IMG/VR virus record: IMGVR_UViG_3300046318_000589 | DNA length: 64,000 nucleotides | Source of the DNA: a virus | Taxonomy: Duplodnaviria > Heunggongvirae > Uroviricota > Caudoviricetes | Strand: one strand, 5' to 3' | In this document: positions 39,303-48,040 of the stretch, in pieces | How positions within the stretch are numbered: position 1 is the first letter of the stretch | Layout: every line of letters starts with the position of its first letter | Notes under the pieces: model-generated | Databases searched by the model: none | What the model saw: only the letters and a program-made list of their open reading frames with translations | What the model was told of the DNA's origin: nothing | Program-made: the position numbers and the translations under genes

Positions 39303-40139
39303 ATGATTATAAACGAGCAAGAATTGCAGTACCACAATTTATTACAAGAAGTTTTAGATTGTGGTAAAGAAAATATTGATAGGACAGAGGTAGGCACTCT
39401 ATCTTTGTTCCGTCCAGACACCATGAAATTTTATTTGGATGATGGTAAGAACTTCCCCCTGTTTACAAAGAAATTTGTTAATTTTAACGCCATTGTTAAA
39501 GAATTATTATGGTTCTTATCAGGAAGTAATAACATAAACGATTTAGATTCAAGTATATGGAATCAATGGAGTAATGAAGAAGGTTCTATCGGTGAGATGT
39601 ATTCAGCTCATTTCAGAAATATTGACGGTGAAGACCCATATATGGATATTGTAAAACAAATCAAAGAAGATCCTTATAGTAGAAGGCACTGCATCACAAC
39701 ATGGCGACATTCATTTTTACCTTTAAAAGGAATACCCTTAACTGAGAACGCTAAGTTAGGCAGGGGAAATTTAGCTTGTTGTTGGGGTACTGTAATTCAA
39801 TGGTATGTAAATTCCGATGGAGAGTTGGACGCTTCAACGTACCAACGTTCATGCGACACCTTTTTAGGGGGATTTTTTAATATTCCACAACAAGCATTAT
39901 TATTAATGATAACTGCTAAATTAACAGGTTATAAAGCAGGAACGCTTTTTTATGACATCGGAAACGCACATATTTATAAAAATCATATCAATCAAGTTAA
40001 AGAATATTTAACAAGACCATTTTTACATAAATCGCCATCCGTTGTTATAAACGAGTGTGACGGAATACCTACATTTGATGATATTCATTTATTAAACTAC
40101 CAACATCAATCAAAAATAAAAGCACCAATAGCAGTTTAA
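39303..40139 (+). CDS. thyA: thymidylate synthase family (ThyA or a ThyA-like pyrimidine hydroxymethylase)
   Basis: DRTEVGT, ELLWFLSGSNNINDL, DPYSRRH, the catalytic Cys in LACCW, YQRSCDTFLGGFFNIPQQALL, and a C-terminal IKAPIAV (E. coli ThyA ends IKAPVAI). There is an insertion of about 11 aa before the catalytic Cys. Confidence 0.8.
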   Translation: MIINEQELQYHNLLQEVLDCGKENIDRTEVGTLSLFRPDTMKFYLDDGKNFPLFTKKFVNFNAIVKELLWFLSGSNNINDLDSSIWNQWSNEEGSIGEMYSAHFRNIDGEDPYMDIVKQIKEDPYSRRHCITTWRHSFLPLKGIPLTENAKLGRGNLACCWGTVIQWYVNSDGELDASTYQRSCDTFLGGFFNIPQQALLLMITAKLTGYKAGTLFYDIGNAHIYKNHINQVKEYLTRPFLHKSPSVVINECDGIPTFDDIHLLNYQHQSKIKAPIAV

Positions 40140-40150
40140 AGGAGTAAACC

Positions 40151-40420
40151 ATGATAGAAATGACTGATGATGAAAAAATAGCAACATTACAACTTGCCAT
40201 AAGATGTTCTTTGAGGGGTTTAACTACCATTGACGATAGAATAGTACCTACATTAGAGCGTAATTGGGATAAATTCGATGATGGATTTAAAGCATTTATT
40301 AAAAGAGAAGTTAAAAGTGCTTACGATTTCATGGGAGCAGATGATGATTACCCCACATATAGATCAGCAGACCATCGAACAATTACTAATCATTGGATTA
40401 AATTTTTGACGATGGAATAA
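40151..40420 (+). CDS. hypothetical protein
   Basis: 89 aa. Confidence 0.4.
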   Translation: MIEMTDDEKIATLQLAIRCSLRGLTTIDDRIVPTLERNWDKFDDGFKAFIKREVKSAYDFMGADDDYPTYRSADHRTITNHWIKFLTME

Positions 40421-40423
40421 ATT

Positions 40424-40657
40424 ATGTCATTTAAACATAAAGGAATAGTAGAAAATGGTCGAAAATCCAAACCTATAAAATTATTTACTAAAGAAGAACT
40501 TGACATTGAATTAAATGACAATCAACTAGAATCTTTAAACAGAAGAGTTAGAAAAAAACATTCAGAAAAGGAAAGTTATGGTTATTGGGGAATAGTTTGT
40601 TGCACTAACAGAAAAAAATCTTTAAGAAGTACGTCTATATGGAAACATTTAAATTAG
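40424..40657 (+). CDS. hypothetical protein
   Basis: 77 aa. Confidence 0.35.
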   Translation: MSFKHKGIVENGRKSKPIKLFTKEELDIELNDNQLESLNRRVRKKHSEKESYGYWGIVCCTNRKKSLRSTSIWKHLN

Positions 40658-40665
40658 CCTTGACT

Positions 40666-40700
40666 ATAAATTATTTTTATGCTACAATGTTAAAGATAAA
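40666..40700 (+). promoter_or_regulatory. sigma70-like promoter (TTGACT, 17-nt spacer, TACAAT)
   Basis: Upstream of the 40722 ORF, which has an AAGGAG ribosome-binding site. Confidence 0.5.
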
Positions 40701-40721
40701 ACATAAATAAGGAGCAAAATT

Positions 40722-40982
40722 ATGTTTAATTGTGTAAAAAAACTTTTTTGTAATCACGATTATAAAAATATTATGAAACACAGCGAAGATTTACTTGATA
40801 TTGCAGTACATATAAATTACTGTAAAAAATGCAAAAAGGTTCAAGTTAAAAAACTATCCACAGATAAAGCAATATTTTCTAAATGGGTTCTATTTAAGAT
40901 GGGTACGTTAAGTTTAATTTTTATCTTTGGTGTAATATATTATGTTCATTCTTTAATCAACATATTTTTTAATCATGTATAA
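40722..40982 (+). CDS. small zinc-ribbon plus transmembrane protein
   Basis: CNHDY...CKKCKK and a C-terminal hydrophobic helix. Confidence 0.4.
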   Translation: MFNCVKKLFCNHDYKNIMKHSEDLLDIAVHINYCKKCKKVQVKKLSTDKAIFSKWVLFKMGTLSLIFIFGVIYYVHSLINIFFNHV

Positions 40983-41565
40983 AATTATGATTTCCAATAA
41001 AAAAGTTTATTGTTGTAATTGTCAATCTGATATGACGTGTAATCTGATTGATGCAAAGACAGCAAAGACAGCATATCCACATAGGAACGATATATATGCT
41101 CATTTTTGGCAATATCCATCATGTAAACATTTTGTTGGTTGTCATAACGGAATCAAGAAAAGACCGCTTGGTTGTATTCCAACCCCTCACATAAAATATG
41201 CACGGTCAAAATTACATGAAATAATTGATCCTTTATGGCAAAAAGGTAAAATTACTCGTGGTGATTTGTATCGTAAAATATCAGAACATTTAGGATGGCA
41301 ATATCATACAGCAGAATTGCGAACTATTGAGGATTGCCGAAAAATTTGGACTTTCGTTAAAAAGTTAGAAAAAACCTTGACTGGACATATTTTAGGAATA
41401 ATAGATAAACCGCAAGATTATATCGGTCAAAAAGTTCACGTTGTCGATTGGCATATTGGTATGGTTTTTTATTTAAAATCTATTGAGAATGGATTTTTCA
41501 TACTTGAAACCCCCAAGAATAAAAAAATCTACAAAACTAAAAATCAATTAGCATATTTAAGGTAA
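40975..41565 (+). CDS. hypothetical Cys-rich protein
   Basis: 196 aa containing CCNCQ...CKHFVGCHNG. Confidence 0.4.
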   Translation: MYKIMISNKKVYCCNCQSDMTCNLIDAKTAKTAYPHRNDIYAHFWQYPSCKHFVGCHNGIKKRPLGCIPTPHIKYARSKLHEIIDPLWQKGKITRGDLYRKISEHLGWQYHTAELRTIEDCRKIWTFVKKLEKTLTGHILGIIDKPQDYIGQKVHVVDWHIGMVFYLKSIENGFFILETPKNKKIYKTKNQLAYLR

Positions 41566-41567
41566 GT

Positions 41568-42041
41568 ATGAAAAAACACATTGAAAGAATAGAAAATTTA
41601 ACCACACCACTAGACATAAATAATTTGACCATTGAAAAATTGGGGAATTTTAATCTGTTTTGTGGTAAAGTAGAAAATGGCTACAATGATATTATTCCAT
41701 ATTTAAAAGGTTATTTTGATATTGGCGAACGTAACTGCCAAAAATCGCCTGTAAAGGTATTTGACAATTTTTTGCATTTTTCACATTATACAAAATTAAA
41801 GTTTTACATAAAACATTTTTTTATTGAGTGTCAAATGGATTATCAAATATTTGCAACAACCCAACGCCTCGATGTTATCCAAGTGTTCGCAGAAGTAGCA
41901 CAAGAATATAAAGATGTGGAGGCTTATTATTATCGGTTAGGACGTAGTGCAAGAAACAGTACAAAAAACCAATCAATAGCCACAATGTATGATATAGAAG
42001 ATTTAATTAACTTAACAAATCAAAATATAGAGGTAAGATGA
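41568..42041 (+). CDS. hypothetical protein
   Basis: 157 aa. Confidence 0.4.
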   Translation: MKKHIERIENLTTPLDINNLTIEKLGNFNLFCGKVENGYNDIIPYLKGYFDIGERNCQKSPVKVFDNFLHFSHYTKLKFYIKHFFIECQMDYQIFATTQRLDVIQVFAEVAQEYKDVEAYYYRLGRSARNSTKNQSIATMYDIEDLINLTNQNIEVR

Positions 42042-42241
42042 TGACTGATAAAAAAAATTATCTAAGGAAAGCATTGATTCACATCACAATATTCATAACA
42101 TTAGCTATTTTAATTTTAATTATCGGATATTACTTCAACTCAAGCGATTTATTAGGACTTTGTGTTGTTGTTATGTGGATTAATATAGTAATATTTGGTG
42201 AAAGGGATGTTTATTTTACTAGAAAATTGGGCGATAAATAA
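42038..42241 (+). CDS. small membrane protein
   Basis: 67 aa with two hydrophobic segments. Confidence 0.35.
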   Translation: MMTDKKNYLRKALIHITIFITLAILILIIGYYFNSSDLLGLCVVVMWINIVIFGERDVYFTRKLGDK

Positions 42242-42492
42242 TGTACTCCTGTAAAATTATTAACATTAACGATGACATTACCTTTAATGTAAAAGCCATT
42301 AATTATAAGGATGAAAATGCAGTTTTGCTATTAACTTTTCATTTTTATGAAGTAACTAATCCCAATATGATTAAATTGGGAAATTTATTTGATTGGAATA
42401 TTGGTGATGAAGAAGTAACTATTAAAGAATATATTATAGTCACTGAAATTTTGACAATAACAGATGAACAAATTAACAATATTTTTGAGTAA
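42241..42492 (+). CDS. hypothetical protein
   Basis: 83 aa. Confidence 0.35.
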   Translation: MYSCKIININDDITFNVKAINYKDENAVLLLTFHFYEVTNPNMIKLGNLFDWNIGDEEVTIKEYIIVTEILTITDEQINNIFE

Positions 42493-42850
42493 AATAATGG
42501 AAATATCAGAATTAACATTAACAAACGGCAACATTTACCTCTTACAAAATTTCTCGCTACAAAAATTTATAATTTTTACGCTTCGTAAAAATATATTTAA
42601 ATTTATTGATTTTCGTTATGAAGATGGTGAACCTGAAAAGGGATATATTCAATTTAATAATTTTGGTTCATGTTTTTCTATATCATGCAAAGAATTATCC
42701 GATAGGAGACTTTATATATTAAATGAAAGATTGTGGAATCTCAGTAGTGACGAACTTAATATGATAACTTTATTAGATTTAAACCAATATCATCCCTTTA
42801 CTACGAGAGAAAAAATTATTCGCAATTCTTTTTTAATAGATTTAACATGA
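42464..42850 (+). CDS. hypothetical protein
   Basis: 128 aa. The start is likely MEISELT at 42497. Confidence 0.35.
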   Translation: MNKLTIFLSKIMEISELTLTNGNIYLLQNFSLQKFIIFTLRKNIFKFIDFRYEDGEPEKGYIQFNNFGSCFSISCKELSDRRLYILNERLWNLSSDELNMITLLDLNQYHPFTTREKIIRNSFLIDLT

Positions 42851-43257
42851 AACATTATTTAGAAATACGCAACTTACGCAAAACCCTTGGATTAGATTCG
42901 GGTTATGTTAAAAAGACGGGATGTTATATTGAGGTGATGCGTTCTGATGTAACCATTAACATAGCAAAGGATTTTTCACGAACTCCCTATGGCAGATATT
43001 TAGGTAGTAGTTCCGCTAAAGTTTTTAAGGATAAATTTCTAAAACCATTTATTGATATTGGTGCTGATAAAATAATAATTATTCTTGATGGTACTTATGG
43101 ATTTGTTTCTTCATGGTTACATGAAGCTTTTGGCAATCTCTTAAAAGAATACCCCCAAGAAAAAAGACAATCCATAATGGATATGTTTTCACTTATCTCA
43201 GATGAAGACCCATCAGTGGCTGTAGAAATAAGAGAATATATGTGGGAAAATTTGTAA
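42847..43257 (+). CDS. hypothetical protein
   Basis: 136 aa. Confidence 0.4.
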   Translation: MKHYLEIRNLRKTLGLDSGYVKKTGCYIEVMRSDVTINIAKDFSRTPYGRYLGSSSAKVFKDKFLKPFIDIGADKIIIILDGTYGFVSSWLHEAFGNLLKEYPQEKRQSIMDMFSLISDEDPSVAVEIREYMWENL

Positions 43258-43263
43258 TTCTTT

Positions 43264-44223
43264 CTATAAATATTTCCAATAATAACTTTTGTGTGATTTA
43301 CGTTTACCTAAACAACAAGCACTGACATTACTGGGGATATAACCATCAGCTCTGGTAGCTTCAATGGAATGATATACTTTTATAAGAATACCGTCCTTAT
43401 ATTGTCCTACTGGTTTACAGTATGACGCATGACGCAGATTTTCTTTAGCCTCCTCAGACATTTTCTTACTTTTATGTTTATCGCTAATTTTCTTTCTAAC
43501 CTGTTCCGATTGACAGGCATTCTCAAATCCATATTTTTCCAAATTAGTCTTTTTTACCTTATTACGAACCTCCTCTAAAAGAAATACGTTTTCTACCCCA
43601 TATTTTTCTAAAAAACTATTTTTTCTTTTTTTATTTATAAGATCATACCCTACAGAACTTTCTGTGCCATACCTTATTACATTAGTTTTATTCCTTTTTT
43701 CTTTAACGTACTCGCTACTTCTAGCATCCTCAACACCATACTTTTTTAAATTAGTTTCCCTAGTTTTACTTGCAACAGAATCTGATAATAAAGGACATTC
43801 CACCCCATATCTCTCTACGTTTGTATTACGTCTTTTCTCCTTAGATTCCTCCGTTGTTAATGCCCCATGACTACCCTGTCCACCGCTTGTTTTATTTACT
43901 AAAGTTCCTGTTCCTAAATCAACTCTTCCATATAATTTAATAAAATATTTTTCCTTTTTACCTAACATCTTAACAGGAACGTCTTTTAGCAAGATTTCAA
44001 CTCTATATTCTGTATTATCAACTACTTCACTCCATTCGTCACTCCTATCCCTTGAATAAGCACGTTCATATTTTCCGTTATCCGTGGTACTTATACCTAT
44101 GTAAAACGGCATATTAGTATCAAGTCTTATATGACGATAAACATACCCAAATTTAATTTTATCTTGATTTTTTGTTTCTTCTGTGTTATCATTAACACAT
44201 GAATTAGCGTTGCTAATTATCAT
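43264..44223 (-). CDS. GIY-YIG homing endonuclease with multiple NUMOD3 repeats, copy 2
   Basis: Starts MIISNANSC. Contains [19 protein letters not shown], six or more KYGVE/EKYG NUMOD3-like repeats, and a C-terminal CCLGKRKSHKSYYWKYL. The ORF-track Met at 44271 lies inside the leader hairpin. Confidence 0.8.
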   Translation of the reverse strand: MIISNANSCVNDNTEETKNQDKIKFGYVYRHIRLDTNMPFYIGISTTDNGKYERAYSRDRSDEWSEVVDNTEYRVEILLKDVPVKMLGKKEKYFIKLYGRVDLGTGTLVNKTSGGQGSHGALTTEESKEKRRNTNVERYGVECPLLSDSVASKTRETNLKKYGVEDARSSEYVKEKRNKTNVIRYGTESSVGYDLINKKRKNSFLEKYGVENVFLLEEVRNKVKKTNLEKYGFENACQSEQVRKKISDKHKSKKMSEEAKENLRHASYCKPVGQYKDGILIKVYHSIEATRADGYIPSNVSACCLGKRKSHKSYYWKYL

Positions 44224-44300
44224 AACCTGGTGTCCTTCCTTGACATTAGAGCCAACAGATGCTGAACACATCGTGTTGGCGTTTTTATATAATAATTAGG
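44224..44300 (-). promoter_or_regulatory. conserved homing-endonuclease leader with hairpin
   Basis: CCTAATTATTATATAAAAAC followed by GCCAACACGATG-N8-CATCTGTTGGC, then TCTAATGTC and an AAGGAAGG Shine-Dalgarno sequence. Confidence 0.6.
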
Positions 44301-44359
44301 AAAATATAAAAATAATTTCAAATGTCAACACCACCAAAGACTTACGTCTTTAAAAAAAT

Positions 44360-44395
44360 TTGACATTTCTAAACGTCTTGTGATATTATATGTAT
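44360..44395 (+). promoter_or_regulatory. sigma70-like promoter (TTGACA, 17-nt spacer, TATTAT)
   Basis: Upstream of uvsX. Confidence 0.4.
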
Positions 44396-44417
44396 ATAAA
44401 ATAAGAAAGACAACACA

Positions 44418-45563
44418 GTGGCGACAAAACCGAGTAATTATGTAAAAAACTTAAAAAGAGAATATGATTTTAAGATTGGGTGCAGCCCATCAGACCTAGA
44501 AGAAAGTGTTATATCATATCCAACACCATACCCTACATTAAATTTCATGTTATCGGGCGATTTCTTTGGCGGATTGCAAACAAATCGTGGATATATGCTA
44601 GTCGGAGAGGCTTCTTCGTTCAAAAGTAGTGTAGCTTTAGCTTGTGCGGCAAGTGTTTTGAGACAAAATCCCAATGCTATTTTTATAGGGTATGATAGTG
44701 AGGGGGTACTAACACTTGAAAACTTCCAAAAATTTGATATAAATTTAAACCAAATTGTAAAACCTAGAAAATTCTACGATCCTGACGAATTAGGAAGATT
44801 GGTTTTAAATGATACTTTAAATATTATACAAGCTAAAGGTAACGAAGATAAAACTTTTATTTTAGTTATTGATGGTATAGGGCAAATTGGTACAACTACT
44901 GAAATCAGCCGTGTTATCGAAGATGATGTTAGTCCACAACCTGCTGTTAGAGCAAAAAAACTAAACGAAGTTGCCAGACATCTTTTAACTGTGATAAATA
45001 ACCATAATGTTATATTGATAACAGTCAATCATTCTTATCAATCTATTGGTGGACTTTATCAAAAATCTATCCCATCTGGTGGCACTGGATTCGTTAAGAT
45101 TTCAGATAGCGTGATATTAATGTCAGCAAAAAATATTTCAGCGGACAAAGACGAAGAAACGAAAGTATCCTATGGCTCTACATTTTCCATGAAAGCATTA
45201 AAATCCAGAAGTATTTCAAAAGATTTTTCATTACCACTTGATGTCAGCTATGATTCAGGAATTTTAGCCTACAGTGGTTTATTTGATTTACTCATTCGTA
45301 TGTCAAGTCATTTAAAGCAGGTAACATCACAAAAGTTTTCTCTTATTAGTAAGGATGGTGAAATACTTGAATATAATAAAAAACTTGATTTTAAGCGGAC
45401 TGATGTTGAACATTCCAATGATTTTTGGAGATTCGTCTTTAAAAATACTTCATTCTCCGATGAGGTAAAAAGTAAAGTTTCCCTTAAAGAAAAAAAACTT
45501 ATTGATGAAAAAGCTTTAGCGTCATGGGACTTAATCTCTGAATTTTCAAATAATTCTAATTAA
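44418..45563 (+). CDS. uvsX: UvsX/RecA-family recombinase
   Basis: PTLNFMLSGDFFGGLQ...GEASSFKSSVAL...IFIGYDSE aligns with T4 UvsX PMMNIALSGEITGGMQ...GPSKSFKSNFGL...LFYDSE. GTG start. Confidence 0.8.
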   Translation: MATKPSNYVKNLKREYDFKIGCSPSDLEESVISYPTPYPTLNFMLSGDFFGGLQTNRGYMLVGEASSFKSSVALACAASVLRQNPNAIFIGYDSEGVLTLENFQKFDINLNQIVKPRKFYDPDELGRLVLNDTLNIIQAKGNEDKTFILVIDGIGQIGTTTEISRVIEDDVSPQPAVRAKKLNEVARHLLTVINNHNVILITVNHSYQSIGGLYQKSIPSGGTGFVKISDSVILMSAKNISADKDEETKVSYGSTFSMKALKSRSISKDFSLPLDVSYDSGILAYSGLFDLLIRMSSHLKQVTSQKFSLISKDGEILEYNKKLDFKRTDVEHSNDFWRFVFKNTSFSDEVKSKVSLKEKKLIDEKALASWDLISEFSNNSN

Positions 45564-45579
45564 CAAGAAAGCCATATAA

Positions 45580-45984
45580 ATGACAACTAGCGAACCCACC
45601 CCAGAAATTCCTTATGAAGCGGGAATAAGATTTTTGGAAGAAGATTCCGAAATAAACGCATATAATTCAAAATACCGTACTCAAATAAACCATGAGTATG
45701 AAGAGGATTTTATAGATTTACTATATGTGTTTACCTTTAAAAAGGATGAAAAGTTAATTGAGGTATTTGTTAAGGGTATTAACTTTGATGAAGAACCTGA
45801 TCCGATAGATGGTTATAGAAATGGTATTATCATATATGGTATTATGACATTAGAGCCGTATGATGTCGATTTAACTGAGGAAGATTTAGCGATTGCGAAA
45901 CAACTAACGGAGGAATCCGTTAATAAATACATTAACGATCTGCAAGTTGCATTGGAGAACATTAAAGGCTATGGCGGTATTTGA
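45580..45984 (+). CDS. hypothetical acidic protein
   Basis: 134 aa. Confidence 0.45.
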   Translation: MTTSEPTPEIPYEAGIRFLEEDSEINAYNSKYRTQINHEYEEDFIDLLYVFTFKKDEKLIEVFVKGINFDEEPDPIDGYRNGIIIYGIMTLEPYDVDLTEEDLAIAKQLTEESVNKYINDLQVALENIKGYGGI

Positions 45985-46582
45985 TGAAAATGGGGAATAC
46001 ACCCCCCATTATTTAAAAGAATATAGAAAATATTTGAAATATACATTTTTAGGATATGACAATAGTCCCGATAAGAATGAATATTTTAAACATAAAGAAT
46101 ACAAGGAATTTGTCGATTTAGATAAATTATTTAAAAACATTAAAAAAGTAGAAAGAAAAGATATGATACAAAAAGGAAGACCTAAAAAGGTTAATGTAAA
46201 AGAAGAAGTACAAGAAATCAGAGAGGTAGTTCAAGAAACCCCAACGATTATTGATACCCAGGAAACTGTGGTGGTGCAACCAACAGTACAAAGAACTAAA
46301 TATTCGATAAGACCCATTCAATATTTTACAAAGTTTGAGGACTTAAATCGAGCATTTCATTTAATATTACATACCCTCAATGAAATTGGGTTTATAAAAA
46401 TAAATGCGGAAGAATTTAAGAAATTGTCGGAAAACCCCACAAACGCACAAAAGACGAACTTATTATGTTATTCTATATTATTTGATAAACTATCCCAAAA
46501 TGGTTTATTTCAATATACAGACGAGGAATATTCAAAACTTCCCGATATGTTTAAAAAAGGTATTTTATTATACAATGCTTGA
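45971..46582 (+). CDS. hypothetical protein
   Basis: The start is taken as MAVFDENG; it overlaps the upstream stop codon. Confidence 0.4.
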   Translation: MAVFDENGEYTPHYLKEYRKYLKYTFLGYDNSPDKNEYFKHKEYKEFVDLDKLFKNIKKVERKDMIQKGRPKKVNVKEEVQEIREVVQETPTIIDTQETVVVQPTVQRTKYSIRPIQYFTKFEDLNRAFHLILHTLNEIGFIKINAEEFKKLSENPTNAQKTNLLCYSILFDKLSQNGLFQYTDEEYSKLPDMFKKGILLYNA

Positions 46583-46997
46583 TGTTTGGTATTTTAAGGA
46601 TACCATATTTACAGTATCTGATATAGGGGATTACACAGGATTTGTATATCAGATACACAATCTTACCAATGATAAAAAATATATTGGTAAGAAAGAATTT
46701 TATAAGGTTATAAAAAGACCCCCTTTAAAAGGTAAAAAGAATAAAAGAAAAGCTACTGTATTTACAGATTGGCAAACCTATACAGGTTCATCAAACGATT
46801 TAAATAATGATATAGGATTAGGGCATATAATAAGAAAAGAAATACTAAAATTATGCACCTCTAAAAGCTCCACAACATATTATGAATTAAAAGAACAAAT
46901 GTTTGTTGATGCTTTATTTAAAGATGATTACTATAATCAGATAATAAATATTCGTTTATCAAGTATCTGTAAAAATAATATTTTAAAAGATTTATAA
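46575..46997 (+). CDS. short GIY-YIG domain protein (degenerate homing endonuclease?), copy 3
   Basis: GFVYQIHNLTNDKKYIGKKE fits the GIY-x10-YIG pattern. No NUMOD3 tail. The ATG overlaps the upstream stop (ATGCTTGA). Confidence 0.45.
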   Translation: MLDVWYFKDTIFTVSDIGDYTGFVYQIHNLTNDKKYIGKKEFYKVIKRPPLKGKKNKRKATVFTDWQTYTGSSNDLNNDIGLGHIIRKEILKLCTSKSSTTYYELKEQMFVDALFKDDYYNQIINIRLSSICKNNILKDL

Positions 46998-47678
46998 ATA
47001 TCCCCACTCATAACCTCCATGGGTTTTACGTTTACCTAAACAACAATCACCTACATTAGCAAGAATAAAACCATCTAATTTAGTTGATGTTAATGATGGG
47101 TATTCTTTTATAAGGATTCCATCTTTATATTTACCTACTCTTTTCTTTGGTTTTGCATCGCTCATTTTTTTTCTTGATTCTTCAGTGCGTTTTTTACCCG
47201 TGTTAGATTTTATCCGTTTTGTTATGTGTTCTTCAGTCTGTTTTTTACCTAAACAATATTTATGTCCTTTATTTGCATCACTTTGTTTCTTTCTTGTTTC
47301 TTCAGAGCGAATAGCACCACTAGAACCCTCTCCACCATCAGTCATATTCACTAAAGTACCTGTCCCCAAATCCCTTCTTCCATATAATTTAATGAAATAT
47401 TTTTCTTTTTTATTGACTTCCTCTTCTGATAATTCTTCCAACATTATTTCTACTCTATACTCACATTTATTAACCACATTATGCCAATGTGGATTGACCC
47501 TATCTTTAGAGTATGCTCTCGAATATCTACCGTTCGTATTTGTTCCTTTACCTATATAAAACACTTCATTTCTATCAAGTCTTATATGACGATAAACGTA
47601 ACCTAATTTATTTTTTGATTGATTTTTATTTGAATATGTGATACTATTTTCACATGATTTAGCAATGCTAATTATCAT
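46992..47678 (-). CDS. GIY-YIG homing endonuclease with NUMOD3 repeats, copy 4
   Basis: MIISIAKSC start, YVYRHIRLDRNEVFYIGKG, and a C-terminal CCLGKRKTHGGYEWGYL. Confidence 0.85.
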   Translation of the reverse strand: MIISIAKSCENSITYSNKNQSKNKLGYVYRHIRLDRNEVFYIGKGTNTNGRYSRAYSKDRVNPHWHNVVNKCEYRVEIMLEELSEEEVNKKEKYFIKLYGRRDLGTGTLVNMTDGGEGSSGAIRSEETRKKQSDANKGHKYCLGKKQTEEHITKRIKSNTGKKRTEESRKKMSDAKPKKRVGKYKDGILIKEYPSLTSTKLDGFILANVGDCCLGKRKTHGGYEWGYL

Positions 47679-47760
47679 ACCTGATGCCCTCCTATGGCGT
47701 TAGTGCCAACAGATGTGACAAGCATCGTGTTGGCTTTATAATTTAATTAGCTAAAATAAA
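47679..47760 (-). promoter_or_regulatory. conserved homing-endonuclease leader with hairpin
   Basis: GCTAATTAAATTATAAA followed by GCCAACACGATG-N8-CATCTGTTGGC, then ACTAACGCC and an AGGAGGG Shine-Dalgarno sequence. Confidence 0.6.
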
Positions 47761-47821
47761 TCCCTTTACAAACAAATTATTTTATGTTATAAACAATTTA
47801 AGTAAACAAAAGGAGCAACTT

Positions 47822-48037
47822 ATGTATAGCATGGGTAACGAATGGGAGGAATTTATCAAACCACCACTAGGATCGGTTTGGGATATTAAAATAATTTCAA
47901 ATAATCAAGAGTTCACAATTAATAATGTATATTTTGTTGATGGACGAGTAATGTCTTGGTATAAAAATTGGACTGATTTTGAAAAGATATATCCGAATTA
48001 TACTATAACAAAAATTAGACATCACAAAGGAAGATAA
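47822..48037 (+). CDS. hypothetical protein
   Basis: 71 aa with an AAGGAG ribosome-binding site. Confidence 0.4.
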   Translation: MYSMGNEWEEFIKPPLGSVWDIKIISNNQEFTINNVYFVDGRVMSWYKNWTDFEKIYPNYTITKIRHHKGR

Positions 48038-48040
48038 CCC

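Noticed and set aside
44418-44674. Antisense 78-aa ORF 44438-44674(-) overlapping the uvsX start as a possible regulatory antisense gene.
   Set aside because: It is fully embedded in the well-supported uvsX frame and has no promoter or ribosome-binding site of its own.
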